The translations under genes and the position numbers were made by a program. Of a DNA stretch of 64,000 nucleotides, positions 27,279-36,409 are shown piece after piece (the stretch's first letter is position 1; every line of letters starts with the position of its first letter). The notes below the pieces were generated by a model, which ran no database searches, was not told where the DNA came from, and was given only the letters and a program-made list of their open reading frames with translations. Location: positions 271,036 to 335,035 of the IMG/VR virus record IMGVR_UViG_3300028394_002328; one strand, written 5' to 3'.

Positions 27279-27632
27279 TTAATTTTTAGACATTGACCCA
27301 ATTTTATTGGGTACATTCATTCTGTCTTCAATAACAGCAATATGCTGACGATTCTCAGCAATCATGTCACGGTTACGTTGAATCTCTTTTTCGAGGTCTT
27401 GACGTAACTTTTCACGGGCAAGTTCTGCTCCTGAATTGTTGGCCTGTTTGTTATCGCTAGTAACTACTAGAGAAATCTTACCATTCAATATGGTAACGTC
27501 ATGACTGAGGTTCTGTAGGGCACTCATTAGGTACACTACACATGAGAATAACAACGGTAATAGTGCAAAACTAATCTTTTCAATTAGTTGGCTTTTGGCG
27601 TGTGCTTGATCAACTTTTTCCTGCATATCCAT
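27279..27632 (-). CDS. Small membrane/coiled-coil protein
   Basis: One transmembrane segment plus coiled coil. Confidence 0.65.
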   Translation of the reverse strand: MDMQEKVDQAHAKSQLIEKISFALLPLLFSCVVYLMSALQNLSHDVTILNGKISLVVTSDNKQANNSGAELAREKLRQDLEKEIQRNRDMIAENRQHIAVIEDRMNVPNKIGSMSKN

Positions 27633-27667
27633 AATCTCCTCTTTTAACTATTTATTAAAATAGTATA

Positions 27668-28288
27668 TTATTTACCAGCCAGTGGGTTGTCCATGGCTTT
27701 TTGAATCTTTTGATCAACTTCACGCTTTAGTGTTTCCACTTCACGATTGATTTCTCTACGGGCAGTAGTAAACTCTGAATTAATCTCTTTACGAGTTTGT
27801 TCCATATCTTTGCGTATGGTAGCAGCCTCACTACGGGCTCTTTCTAAATCTTCACGCACTGCTTTACGCATATCACGCATTTCTTGTTCAGTTTCACGCT
27901 GTGCTTGTTTAACGCTGCGTTCTACTTGTTCTGTAACACTTTCATTACGACGGATATCATTCTTTAAATCGTTTTTGATATCTCTAGTATAGTCACTGGT
28001 CTTGCCTGAATTTTCTTCCATCACGGCCAATCGTTTATCAAAGCCCGACAGATCAGGAGCAGTGTATTCAGAAATCTTTTTCTTCATACTTTGATAGTCT
28101 TTATATACTTCAAAACAGCCATATAAGCCACCCAATGTACTACTAACAATAGTAAATGCTACCATAAGTTTAGCAGGGGTAAATTCATAGCCACCAATAC
28201 TAATTACAGTATCTTTGCTAGCATATTTTTTTACTGCGGCTTCGGCGTCATCAATCTTAGCGTCTACGCTTTTAATTTCTTCAGTCAT
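27668..28288 (-). CDS. Membrane-anchored coiled-coil protein
   Basis: Transmembrane segment then long heptad region. Confidence 0.7.
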   Translation of the reverse strand: MTEEIKSVDAKIDDAEAAVKKYASKDTVISIGGYEFTPAKLMVAFTIVSSTLGGLYGCFEVYKDYQSMKKKISEYTAPDLSGFDKRLAVMEENSGKTSDYTRDIKNDLKNDIRRNESVTEQVERSVKQAQRETEQEMRDMRKAVREDLERARSEAATIRKDMEQTRKEINSEFTTARREINREVETLKREVDQKIQKAMDNPLAGK

Positions 28289-28289
28289 A

Positions 28290-30671
28290 TTATCTCCTAT
28301 ACTGTTGTTCTATCATCTGTTGATGTAAACGGTCTGTTGATAACTGTCTTAACGCTCTAGCATTATCAACTGGGGTTTGGTTCTTATAGATTTCTTTTGG
28401 CTCATACATTTTGCCATCTTTAAGCATCAAATTAGTGTAGTTACTATAGCCAATTGGAGTAGTAGCCATCTTATTAATATCCACATTACCTGCTAGTTCA
28501 TTTGCTGCGACATTAGTTTTTACTTTTTGATTTGACTCCGTAGTAGAATTTGTAGTTACAATTGGTTTTGTTTCAACTACTTCATTAAGTGGGTCTGTGC
28601 GATTAGTCATAAAGCCTGCCGTACTGCTAACCTGTTCTACTTCTGTTTGTCTAGTAAAACTCACTTGCTGTGATGTGGTCTGCTGCTGTTCAACAGGTGC
28701 TGCTGCCATAGCATAAAACAAGGTGTTCTGCGGTTGTACATAGGCAAACGTCATAAAAGATTGTTGATCGGTTGAAGATTGTGAAAATACAGGTGTATTT
28801 GATGTAGTAATGATTGGAGTTACTGCGGTCGCCACTGTTGTATTAGCAGATTTGTTAGGTTGCGGGGGTAGACTACTTGTTACTGTAATTTGAACAGGTT
28901 GAGTTGATTGTACCCTGTTAAAATAAGTTTGAGCAGCAGATATCATGCTATATTGTGAATCATTAGCCGTTGTTGTAGTAGATGACACAGTAGTAACTAC
29001 GGGTGTAGATACTCTCAATGGGGCGGTTTGAACAGTTGTTGCCACAGTGGCAGATTTATTTTCGTTATTAAGGGGTGCTGCATTAACCATTGATAGACCT
29101 GATTGCGCTTGGCTAACAGGCGCACTCGCAGTGGCAGTGTTGGTTTGTCTTTGAGTCTGTACTGATGCATTGGACAGTGTTTGGCTCATTGTAACTGCGG
29201 CTGTAGCAACTGACACAGCCTGTTGTTGAGCCTTGTCACCGGCCGCTGTTGCTTCTGTTGTAGCCATTTGTACTGCGGAATTTTGTATTGCCTGTTCACG
29301 CTGTTGATTCTTAGCAATTATACTTAATGCTGCTGCTACAGTTTTGGATTGAGGACTGCCTTTGGCTGCTGTAGTATTGCTTGTTTGCTGTGGTGTTGAT
29401 TGAGCAATATTGGCAGTGGTAACAGCAGAAGTACTAGCTGTGGGTGGTTCCGCTATTGGAGTGGATGTTGTATTACTGGTACTAAGTTTGGCAGCCATTG
29501 CTTGAGCAAAGCCACTACAATCGGGACTATATAGTGGGTTCTTAACACAAGGATCTGGTGTATAAATCAGACTCATTGAATAATTGCCAATTGAAGAACC
29601 TATACCAGATGCCCCACCTGAAAGTCTAATATTACCAAGTGCGGATTGATTCATGCTACTTGATAGTAGTAGTTGTGAATTTACTGTTCCACTAGTGCCT
29701 TCACTATTGAAACTATGATTTCTTGAAATTATGGTTTGATTACTGCTATTGGTCATTGAGGCACTAGCACTGACATATGCTGGAGTGTTCATCACCCAAC
29801 TACACCCATCTTGATTCCAAGCAGTACATCCAAAGAACCCTTGCCCCACTGTATAATCAAATTTATAATTAAAGCCATGTACTGTAGCACCAAACCCAGC
29901 ACTTTTTAATGCTGTGTTAATAGCAACTACTTGAGTCATTGAAGTAGATACAGCATCAGGATTTGGGGCAAGATTACCGGTAGTTATTATGTTACCAAAT
30001 CCCGAGCAAATAGAACTGTAAGCAGGATTTAATTTACAAGGATCTACAGTGTATAGTAAATTAAAGCTATCAACATGTACTCTAGGCCCATAATATCCTG
30101 CCCAGTTGTTTTGATCCTTACCAGTAAAACTAACGGTTATACTACTAGCTGAGGCGATATCGTAGCGATTATTAAAAAATTGTGTACCCGAAAAAGTAGT
30201 AAAGTTTGGCAAGTTTTGATTATAGTCATAATTGAAACTTTCTACAATGTTACCAGTACTACCTTTTAAGGAAACGTTGCCGGTTAAAGTTCCTCTATTA
30301 CCCTGATAATTATTGAGGTCATTATTGATTTGCCACTGATAACGATATCCACTAAGTTGGACTCCTGCTCCAGAATTTGCCAATGCCTGATTAATCGCAA
30401 TTGTTTGACTTACTGTACGAGGAGCATTGCTAAAAATAATATTACCCGTCGAGGGATTATATGCGGGTGTAGGTCCACCACTCGTTCCACCTGCCTCACC
30501 AGTAACGGTATTGTTCCAAGGTAGTCCACCGCCCAAATTCAGTATATTGTTAGTACTGTTTAGGTTTAGACCTGTAACAGGGTCTATATTTTGACTATTA
30601 GTGGAAGCCGAATAACTTGAAAGCAACAATGCCCAACAAGCTACCGAGACCAATTTTCTTAAGGGTGTCAT
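28290..30671 (-). CDS. Large secreted Ser/Thr/Ala/Gln-rich protein with a duplicated Cys-flanked domain
   Basis: Signal peptide; DPC..NP.YS..C.GF twice; low-complexity linker. Confidence 0.7.
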   Translation of the reverse strand: MTPLRKLVSVACWALLLSSYSASTNSQNIDPVTGLNLNSTNNILNLGGGLPWNNTVTGEAGGTSGGPTPAYNPSTGNIIFSNAPRTVSQTIAINQALANSGAGVQLSGYRYQWQINNDLNNYQGNRGTLTGNVSLKGSTGNIVESFNYDYNQNLPNFTTFSGTQFFNNRYDIASASSITVSFTGKDQNNWAGYYGPRVHVDSFNLLYTVDPCKLNPAYSSICSGFGNIITTGNLAPNPDAVSTSMTQVVAINTALKSAGFGATVHGFNYKFDYTVGQGFFGCTAWNQDGCSWVMNTPAYVSASASMTNSSNQTIISRNHSFNSEGTSGTVNSQLLLSSSMNQSALGNIRLSGGASGIGSSIGNYSMSLIYTPDPCVKNPLYSPDCSGFAQAMAAKLSTSNTTSTPIAEPPTASTSAVTTANIAQSTPQQTSNTTAAKGSPQSKTVAAALSIIAKNQQREQAIQNSAVQMATTEATAAGDKAQQQAVSVATAAVTMSQTLSNASVQTQRQTNTATASAPVSQAQSGLSMVNAAPLNNENKSATVATTVQTAPLRVSTPVVTTVSSTTTTANDSQYSMISAAQTYFNRVQSTQPVQITVTSSLPPQPNKSANTTVATAVTPIITTSNTPVFSQSSTDQQSFMTFAYVQPQNTLFYAMAAAPVEQQQTTSQQVSFTRQTEVEQVSSTAGFMTNRTDPLNEVVETKPIVTTNSTTESNQKVKTNVAANELAGNVDINKMATTPIGYSNYTNLMLKDGKMYEPKEIYKNQTPVDNARALRQLSTDRLHQQMIEQQYRR

Positions 30672-32124
30672 CTTCTTTTACCTCTACTGCCACTGGCATT
30701 TTTTCTGGGTTGGCTTCCCATGCTGCTCGTGCCGCATCTCCAATTTTACCTTCATACGGGCAAGGTGTGCCTGCGCTCCACATAGCATCAAACACACGGC
30801 GATCCTGACACATTGTGGCAACTGCTGCTACCTTCATACCCATATCGTAAAGTGTTTTGGCTAACTTTAGTCTTTCGCAATTAACATCTCTAATAGTAGA
30901 ACCACTACTAACACCAAAGATTTGTGTTTGAACAGCACCACTTACACCAGTGGTACATAGGTCAGCATTACCACCACTCATCATAGTAGGAGCGATTGCT
31001 GTAGGAGGGGGTTGTATAACTCTTTGTGTAATCTCTGACGAATTAATATTTCGGTTAGTCATGTCACCAGTTTGTACATTTTGGTTGACATTGTTACTAT
31101 TATTAGTATTACTACTAGTACTTGAACTTAAACTAGTGTTTACATTGTTATTGTTGTTGGTCATTGTACCTGAGTTAATGTTATTATTGGTATTAACATT
31201 ACTGTTTGTGCTGGTGCTGTTATTAATATTTCTATTAGTCATGCTGCCACTAGTGATATTATTGTTAGTATTAACAGCAGTGCTAGTGCTTGCATTGTTA
31301 TTGTTATAAGTCATTGTGCCAGTATTAACATTCACGTTTCTGTTAGTACTTGTGCTGGTACTAACATTATTATTGTTATTGGTCATCGTACCATAATTGT
31401 AATTGGTACTGTTATTAGTATTGACATTTCTGCTTGTACTAGTATTAACATTTTTATTGACATTATTGCTAGTACTAGCGTTATTGTTATTGTATGTCAT
31501 TGTACCGCTGTTGATATTGTTGTTGGTATTGACATTGTTACTAGTACTAGTGCTGGTACTGGCATTATTGTTATTGTATGTCATTGTACCTGAATTAATA
31601 TTGTTATTGGTATTGACACTGGTACTTGTGTTGGTATTGATATTACGGTTAGTCATATCACCACTATTGACATTATTGTTGTTATATGTCATTGTACCAC
31701 TATTAACATTGTTATTGGTATTAACACTAGTACTAACGTTATTATTGTTGTTAGTCATTGTTCCAGTGTTCACATTGTTATTGTTATAAGTAACAGTTCC
31801 GCTGTTAACATTGTTATTGTTATTGTTATAAGTAACAGTTCCGCTGTTGACATTGTTGTTGGTAACCGTACCGCTTTGGATATTATTATTTGTATTAACG
31901 CTGGTATTGACGTTATTGCTGTTGCTGTTTACTGTACTAGTGCTCGTACTATTGCTGCTACTAGTACTGGTATTTGTTGTATTGACACTGCTGGTACTAT
32001 TACTAGTGCTATTAGTATCCACCAAAGTTTTAGAATCATAACTACCTTGATTAATTAAAGTTTGACTATAGGCCGTACCCGTAAAAAAGACGATACTGGT
32101 AGATACCAATATTTTTTTAAGCAT
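30598..32124 (-). CDS. Secreted Asn/Thr-rich repeat protein with a Cys-containing C-terminal domain and TM anchor
   Basis: Signal peptide; about 13 G-[TDS]-[MV]-T repeats within poly-Asn; NCERLKL..GTPCP domain. Confidence 0.75.
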   Translation of the reverse strand: MLKKILVSTSIVFFTGTAYSQTLINQGSYDSKTLVDTNSTSNSTSSVNTTNTSTSSSNSTSTSTVNSNSNNVNTSVNTNNNIQSGTVTNNNVNSGTVTYNNNNNNVNSGTVTYNNNNVNTGTMTNNNNNVSTSVNTNNNVNSGTMTYNNNNVNSGDMTNRNINTNTSTSVNTNNNINSGTMTYNNNNASTSTSTSNNVNTNNNINSGTMTYNNNNASTSNNVNKNVNTSTSRNVNTNNSTNYNYGTMTNNNNNVSTSTSTNRNVNVNTGTMTYNNNNASTSTAVNTNNNITSGSMTNRNINNSTSTNSNVNTNNNINSGTMTNNNNNVNTSLSSSTSSNTNNSNNVNQNVQTGDMTNRNINSSEITQRVIQPPPTAIAPTMMSGGNADLCTTGVSGAVQTQIFGVSSGSTIRDVNCERLKLAKTLYDMGMKVAAVATMCQDRRVFDAMWSAGTPCPYEGKIGDAARAAWEANPEKMPVAVEVKEDDTLKKIGLGSLLGIVAFKLFGFH

Positions 32125-32175
32125 AAACTTTTCCCCTATTGTTAGAGAAGTTACTTAATATTTACTCGGTTACCA

Positions 32176-33183
32176 TTAACATTTATCTACTAAGTTATCT
32201 CTAAATATACGCCAACACTCTTCCCAACTCCAACGTAGACTAGCTTCTTCTACACGAACACGATCTAATCGCAAACATTGGTCAATAGCAGTCTTTAAAT
32301 CCTCATCCATATAACCTGTTAGTCCCTGATCTATAACATCTTTAGGTCCAGTTACTGGATATGCTGCTACTGGTGTGCCACAAGCCATAGCTTCAATCAT
32401 TACTATACCAAACGTATCCCAATAACTAGGGAATACGAATACATCAGCATCGGCGTAATACTTAGCTAGTTCTGCCCCACGTTTTACTCCTACGAATTCA
32501 ACATCAGGATATTCACGCTCCATACGACGGCGGCATGGACCATCACCTACGACTATTTTGGTAGCACTTGGATAGTATAATCTACAAAAATCATCTAAGT
32601 TTTTTTCTTTGCTGACACGCCCTACATTTAACAATATGGGCTGTGATAGTTCTGTAGCAGTTCTAGTGCTGCTGCTAAATATGGTACGATCAACCCCGCG
32701 AGTCCAAGGCTTGATGTCGGTTCTAAATCCACGACTAGCCAAATCATCAACCATGCTTTGTGTAGTGGTCAGTACACGACCACTATGTTTATGAAACCAA
32801 CGCAAGTAACGATAACTCCAGTCAGTGGGTATGCCTGCAATTTTGTTTATGGCTTCGGGGAAACGAGTATGGTAGCTAGTATTATAACGCCATCCCCAAT
32901 AGTCCATCCAGCAACGGGCAGCAAAGCCCACTGGACCTTCTGTAGCAATGTGTATGTAGTCGGGATTTACTTTTTCAATAATCCTGCCAATGCCCCAGGT
33001 CCAACTAAGTTTGATTTCACCATAGCCAGGACAGGGAATATTAACAAACTGCCGGGGATCAAGATAAACAAAATCATAGCCATCCCGCTCAGCCAAAACT
33101 TCCAGGTTATGAAAGGTAGTAACAACACCATTAACCTGCGTTGGTTCATTGTCGGTTATGATTAATACTGTCTTCATTTTCAC
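32176..33183 (-). CDS. agt: GT4 glycosyltransferase, Agt-like glycolipid synthase
   Basis: TD..P.QVNGVVTT, HIATEGPVG, SYHTRFPE, VGRVSKEKNL, FPS..DTFGIVMIEAMACGTPVAAY. Confidence 0.75.
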   Translation of the reverse strand: MKMKTVLIITDNEPTQVNGVVTTFHNLEVLAERDGYDFVYLDPRQFVNIPCPGYGEIKLSWTWGIGRIIEKVNPDYIHIATEGPVGFAARCWMDYWGWRYNTSYHTRFPEAINKIAGIPTDWSYRYLRWFHKHSGRVLTTTQSMVDDLASRGFRTDIKPWTRGVDRTIFSSSTRTATELSQPILLNVGRVSKEKNLDDFCRLYYPSATKIVVGDGPCRRRMEREYPDVEFVGVKRGAELAKYYADADVFVFPSYWDTFGIVMIEAMACGTPVAAYPVTGPKDVIDQGLTGYMDEDLKTAIDQCLRLDRVRVEEASLRWSWEECWRIFRDNLVDKC

Positions 33184-33931
33184 GCACCTCTGCCCATGTT
33201 ACGATTTCCCAGCGACCATCCCAATGTTCAACTAGTGCTGTACAACTTTCACACCAGTCACCATCGTTCATGTAGATTACGCCGTTGATTTCTTTGATTT
33301 CAGCCTTATGTATATGCCCACAGATCACACCATCGTAGCCCTTCTTTTTGCAATAACCGGCTAGATTTTGTTCAAATTGAAACATAAAGTCTACCGCTTT
33401 TTTGACCCGGTGCTTAAGGTACAAGCTAAGGCTCCAGTAGCCAAAACCCAAACGATGACGAATCCAATTGAATTTAGTATTGATATTGAGTACGCAGTCA
33501 TATGCTTTGTCTCCTAATATGCTGAGCCAAGGGGCCAGCCTAGTAATACCATCAAATAAATCACCATGAACTACAAGATACCTTTTTCCATCTATACCGG
33601 TGTGAATAGCCTGATTACAGATTTTAATACGACCAAAACTAACACCATATGGTATAAGTGGGCGTAAAAATTCATCATGATTGCCTGCCACATAAACTAC
33701 TTGTGTTCCGCGTTTGGCATGACCTAATACACGGCGAATTACATTGGTATGACTTTGATGCCACTTTAGAGTGTTCTGTTTCATTTTCCACGCATCTATA
33801 ATATCGCCTACTAGATACAACGTTTCGCAACTATTATGTTTTAAAAAGTTGTTTAGATAGTCTGCTTTACAGGCTTTAGTACCGAGGTGTACATCACTAA
33901 TAGAGATTGTACGGTAAGTTGTTTGCGGCAT
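33146..33931 (-). CDS. plcP: PlcP-like metallophosphoesterase (phospholipase C; LpxH-like family)
   Basis: SDVHLG, GDIID, GNHDE, HGDLFD, CGHIH, NDGDWCESCTAL; coupled to the GT4 gene. Confidence 0.8.
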   Translation of the reverse strand: MPQTTYRTISISDVHLGTKACKADYLNNFLKHNSCETLYLVGDIIDAWKMKQNTLKWHQSHTNVIRRVLGHAKRGTQVVYVAGNHDEFLRPLIPYGVSFGRIKICNQAIHTGIDGKRYLVVHGDLFDGITRLAPWLSILGDKAYDCVLNINTKFNWIRHRLGFGYWSLSLYLKHRVKKAVDFMFQFEQNLAGYCKKKGYDGVICGHIHKAEIKEINGVIYMNDGDWCESCTALVEHWDGRWEIVTWAEVRENEDSINHNRQ

Positions 33932-33936
33932 AATAC

Positions 33937-33971
33937 TATTTAATGTTTAATATATTACAAAGCTGTTACAA
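33937..33971 (-). promoter_or_regulatory. Pho box plus TAAATA hybrid promoter for plcP-agt
   Basis: TTGTAAC-AGCT-TTGTAAT-ATAT-TAAACAT-TAAATA. Confidence 0.75.
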
Positions 33972-33973
33972 TC

Positions 33974-33999
33974 ATAAAAAAAGAGCCATATGGCCCTTT
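33974..33999 (-). terminator. Intrinsic terminator
   Basis: GGGCC-ATAT-GGCTC followed by a T run. Confidence 0.65.
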
Positions 34000-34082
34000 A
34001 GTGCTGGTTACGAGCGTCCAGCGATCCCTCTATCTTGGGCCCGTTTTAAACAAACTACTAAACCAGCGTTTTGCGCTGGTAA

Positions 34083-34724
34083 TTACTTTCCCAATAAACT
34101 ATCAACCTTCGCTTCAGCAACATTCAACCGATGCTCAATATCATCTAGTGCAGGATCTGCTGGAGCGGAAACTGCTTCAAATATTTGTTGATGAACTTCA
34201 GAATTAACTGCTTCTCCTGTTGCTGTTGAAACAATATGAGCTACCGCAGCGGCAATTTCTTCTGTACCTGCAGTTGGTGCAGGCATTTCAGCAACTGCTG
34301 CTGTAATAGCGGCTGTAATTGCTTCAGGGTCTGTGACAACTTCAGGCTCTGCTGTAACAACTGCTAGTACCGCTGCTTTTACAATATCAGCAACTTCAGG
34401 GTTAACAATTGCATCTGCTTCGTGTTGAGCAGCTACTACATCGCCAACAATGCCTGCGGCTTCTGCATGGTCAGCACTTGGTGAAAGTGCTAGTACATCT
34501 TCAACAGAAACTGGTGCTTCATCAGCTACGGAATAAACAATGGCGTCAATATGGCTCTCAGTTTTTTCAGCGATCAAATGATCAACTTGAACTTCAACAA
34601 CTGACAATCTGGTGTCTAGTTCTTCAATGCTTGTGGCATAATCTGTGTTAACTTCTGTGCCAGTTAGTGTTGCTAACTTAGCTTCTACTGCTACTAATCT
34701 TGCGGCTAAATCTTGTAATCTCAT
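34083..34724 (-). CDS. Acidic Ala/Val-rich hypothetical protein (start MRLQD)
   Basis: AAGGAG Shine-Dalgarno; similar RL.V.EAK motifs at both ends. Confidence 0.7.
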   Translation of the reverse strand: MRLQDLAARLVAVEAKLATLTGTEVNTDYATSIEELDTRLSVVEVQVDHLIAEKTESHIDAIVYSVADEAPVSVEDVLALSPSADHAEAAGIVGDVVAAQHEADAIVNPEVADIVKAAVLAVVTAEPEVVTDPEAITAAITAAVAEMPAPTAGTEEIAAAVAHIVSTATGEAVNSEVHQQIFEAVSAPADPALDDIEHRLNVAEAKVDSLLGK

Positions 34725-34809
34725 GGGTTGCTCCTTTAGGTTAGGTGAGTGAATCATGTCCACTCACCCTTATTTAACTGCTACTATATTAAAGTATTAT
34801 TACAAAATA

Positions 34810-36384
34810 TCAGAAACTCAATAATAGTAGCTGTCCACCTTCAATTAATTCAGCAGCATTAGCACCAGTTGCTGCTTTGTGATTTTGATCAACCAATAAG
34901 AAGTAACGCTTGCCATCAGTACGACCTAAGATACTGGTGATTTCAATGATACCACTGGATTCTTCGTCATTGGTCTCAGTTCCAACAACACCTGTGTAAT
35001 AATCACCAAACAGCTTCTCATCATGTTGAGCAAGTAGTGTTAGTGCCTTGGTAACAGGATTGTATCTCCAAATCTTACCATTGTGATTGTTACCACCCAC
35101 ATCTTCTTGTAGAATGATTGTGCCATCGCTAGCAACAGTCATGTTGTCAAACATCTGTGTGCCATGAACACGACCGGCAACAGTAACTGTTTCAGTACCA
35201 TCGAGCACCATTTCAAGGATACCACCCGATTCAGGACGGGTTAAATCAGTAAATGTCATGCTCCAAAGGCGTGTGCGACCAACTTGAGCAGTATTAGTAA
35301 TACTGGTATTGATCTTGCCCCCGGTGTTGTCTTTAGCAGCATCTACTGTGTTGGTTGTTACAAAGTAGTAGCGGTTCTTGTTAACTGTATCCCAAGCACC
35401 ATCTTCTGGACGCAAGAAACTTGTACCAGCAACACCAGTTACAGGAACATTGGGAACAAAACTAAATGTAGCAGTCTTGTTGACTAGTCCTAAACCAGCA
35501 TCAGTAGCAGTGGTTTCATTAGCAGCAACACCACCAACATTGACCACAGCACGATACAGCGTACCATTGGTTAGGCCTGCTTTATCAACTTCAGTAGCAC
35601 CAGTCTTGTTCTTAGTGCCGACATACATATAAACACCATTGCTGCCACTGTCGCTATTGGCCATAACAATGGTCTTATCGCCGCTGTTAGGATGTGCGAT
35701 TAGATTTTCCCAGCCTACACCAAATGTGGTAAATCCACCAAAGTGTGGGAGAATGTATGCTTTGCCTTTGTCTGCTCCACTAGCCACAATAGCAACACCC
35801 CGACCCATTGTAACAGTACCGTTAGCGGTTTCTTCACCAGTCATAAACATTTTAACCGAAGAACCATTGCCTGTTGCTGAGTTGAAGAAAGCGCCGGCTG
35901 CTGGTAGATCGGCTGAACAGAAACGCTGAAATGCTACAGCAGTTTGCTCGGCCCAAGCACCATTGACCTGTGCATAAACTTTTTTCATTAGGTCACTACC
36001 GCTCTTGACCTGTAGAGTAGTTTTATCAATAACCCACTCACTAACAAAAGCACCAATACCACCATGAGCACGGGCAATACCAACAGTGTTGGCCAGTTCA
36101 TGAGCCATTAGCACGGTGAATGTGTTGTCACCATTGTCGTAAGCACCTAGCCCATCCGGGATACCTACCATGCGATAAGTGCCAACAGCGTCACCAACGG
36201 TTAAGATACTGGCAACTTTTACGCTGCTGTCAATTGGTGTGATATAAGGATCTGCTGAACTACTAGTTGCTTTGCCTGATGTAAAACCAGTAACTTCTTT
36301 GGGTGCTGCTACAGTGGTGTCATCGCTACCACATGCTGTTAATAGAGCCGTTGCTACGGCTACTGCTAGAACGGTATATTTCAT
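34810..36384 (-). CDS. phoX: PhoX-family alkaline phosphatase, lipoprotein
   Basis: Lipobox LTAC; RFCSA, WEN, RPEDG, FDN, QED, EESSG motifs. Confidence 0.75.
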   Translation of the reverse strand: MKYTVLAVAVATALLTACGSDDTTVAAPKEVTGFTSGKATSSSADPYITPIDSSVKVASILTVGDAVGTYRMVGIPDGLGAYDNGDNTFTVLMAHELANTVGIARAHGGIGAFVSEWVIDKTTLQVKSGSDLMKKVYAQVNGAWAEQTAVAFQRFCSADLPAAGAFFNSATGNGSSVKMFMTGEETANGTVTMGRGVAIVASGADKGKAYILPHFGGFTTFGVGWENLIAHPNSGDKTIVMANSDSGSNGVYMYVGTKNKTGATEVDKAGLTNGTLYRAVVNVGGVAANETTATDAGLGLVNKTATFSFVPNVPVTGVAGTSFLRPEDGAWDTVNKNRYYFVTTNTVDAAKDNTGGKINTSITNTAQVGRTRLWSMTFTDLTRPESGGILEMVLDGTETVTVAGRVHGTQMFDNMTVASDGTIILQEDVGGNNHNGKIWRYNPVTKALTLLAQHDEKLFGDYYTGVVGTETNDEESSGIIEITSILGRTDGKRYFLLVDQNHKAATGANAAELIEGGQLLLLSF

Positions 36385-36409
36385 TTTAAAACTCCTTTTG
36401 TATGTTTGT

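Noticed and set aside
30950-32058. Leu/Val-rich plus-strand ORFs
   Set aside because: Antisense shadows of the Asn/Thr repeat gene
33146-33931. Calling this gene lpxH (lipid A synthesis)
   Set aside because: Same superfamily, but coupling to a GT4 gene and a Pho box fits PlcP better; phylogeny is needed to settle it
34796-34820. Possible third Pho box after phoX (CTGATAT-T-TTGTAAT)
   Set aside because: Heptamers are 8 nt apart, not 11
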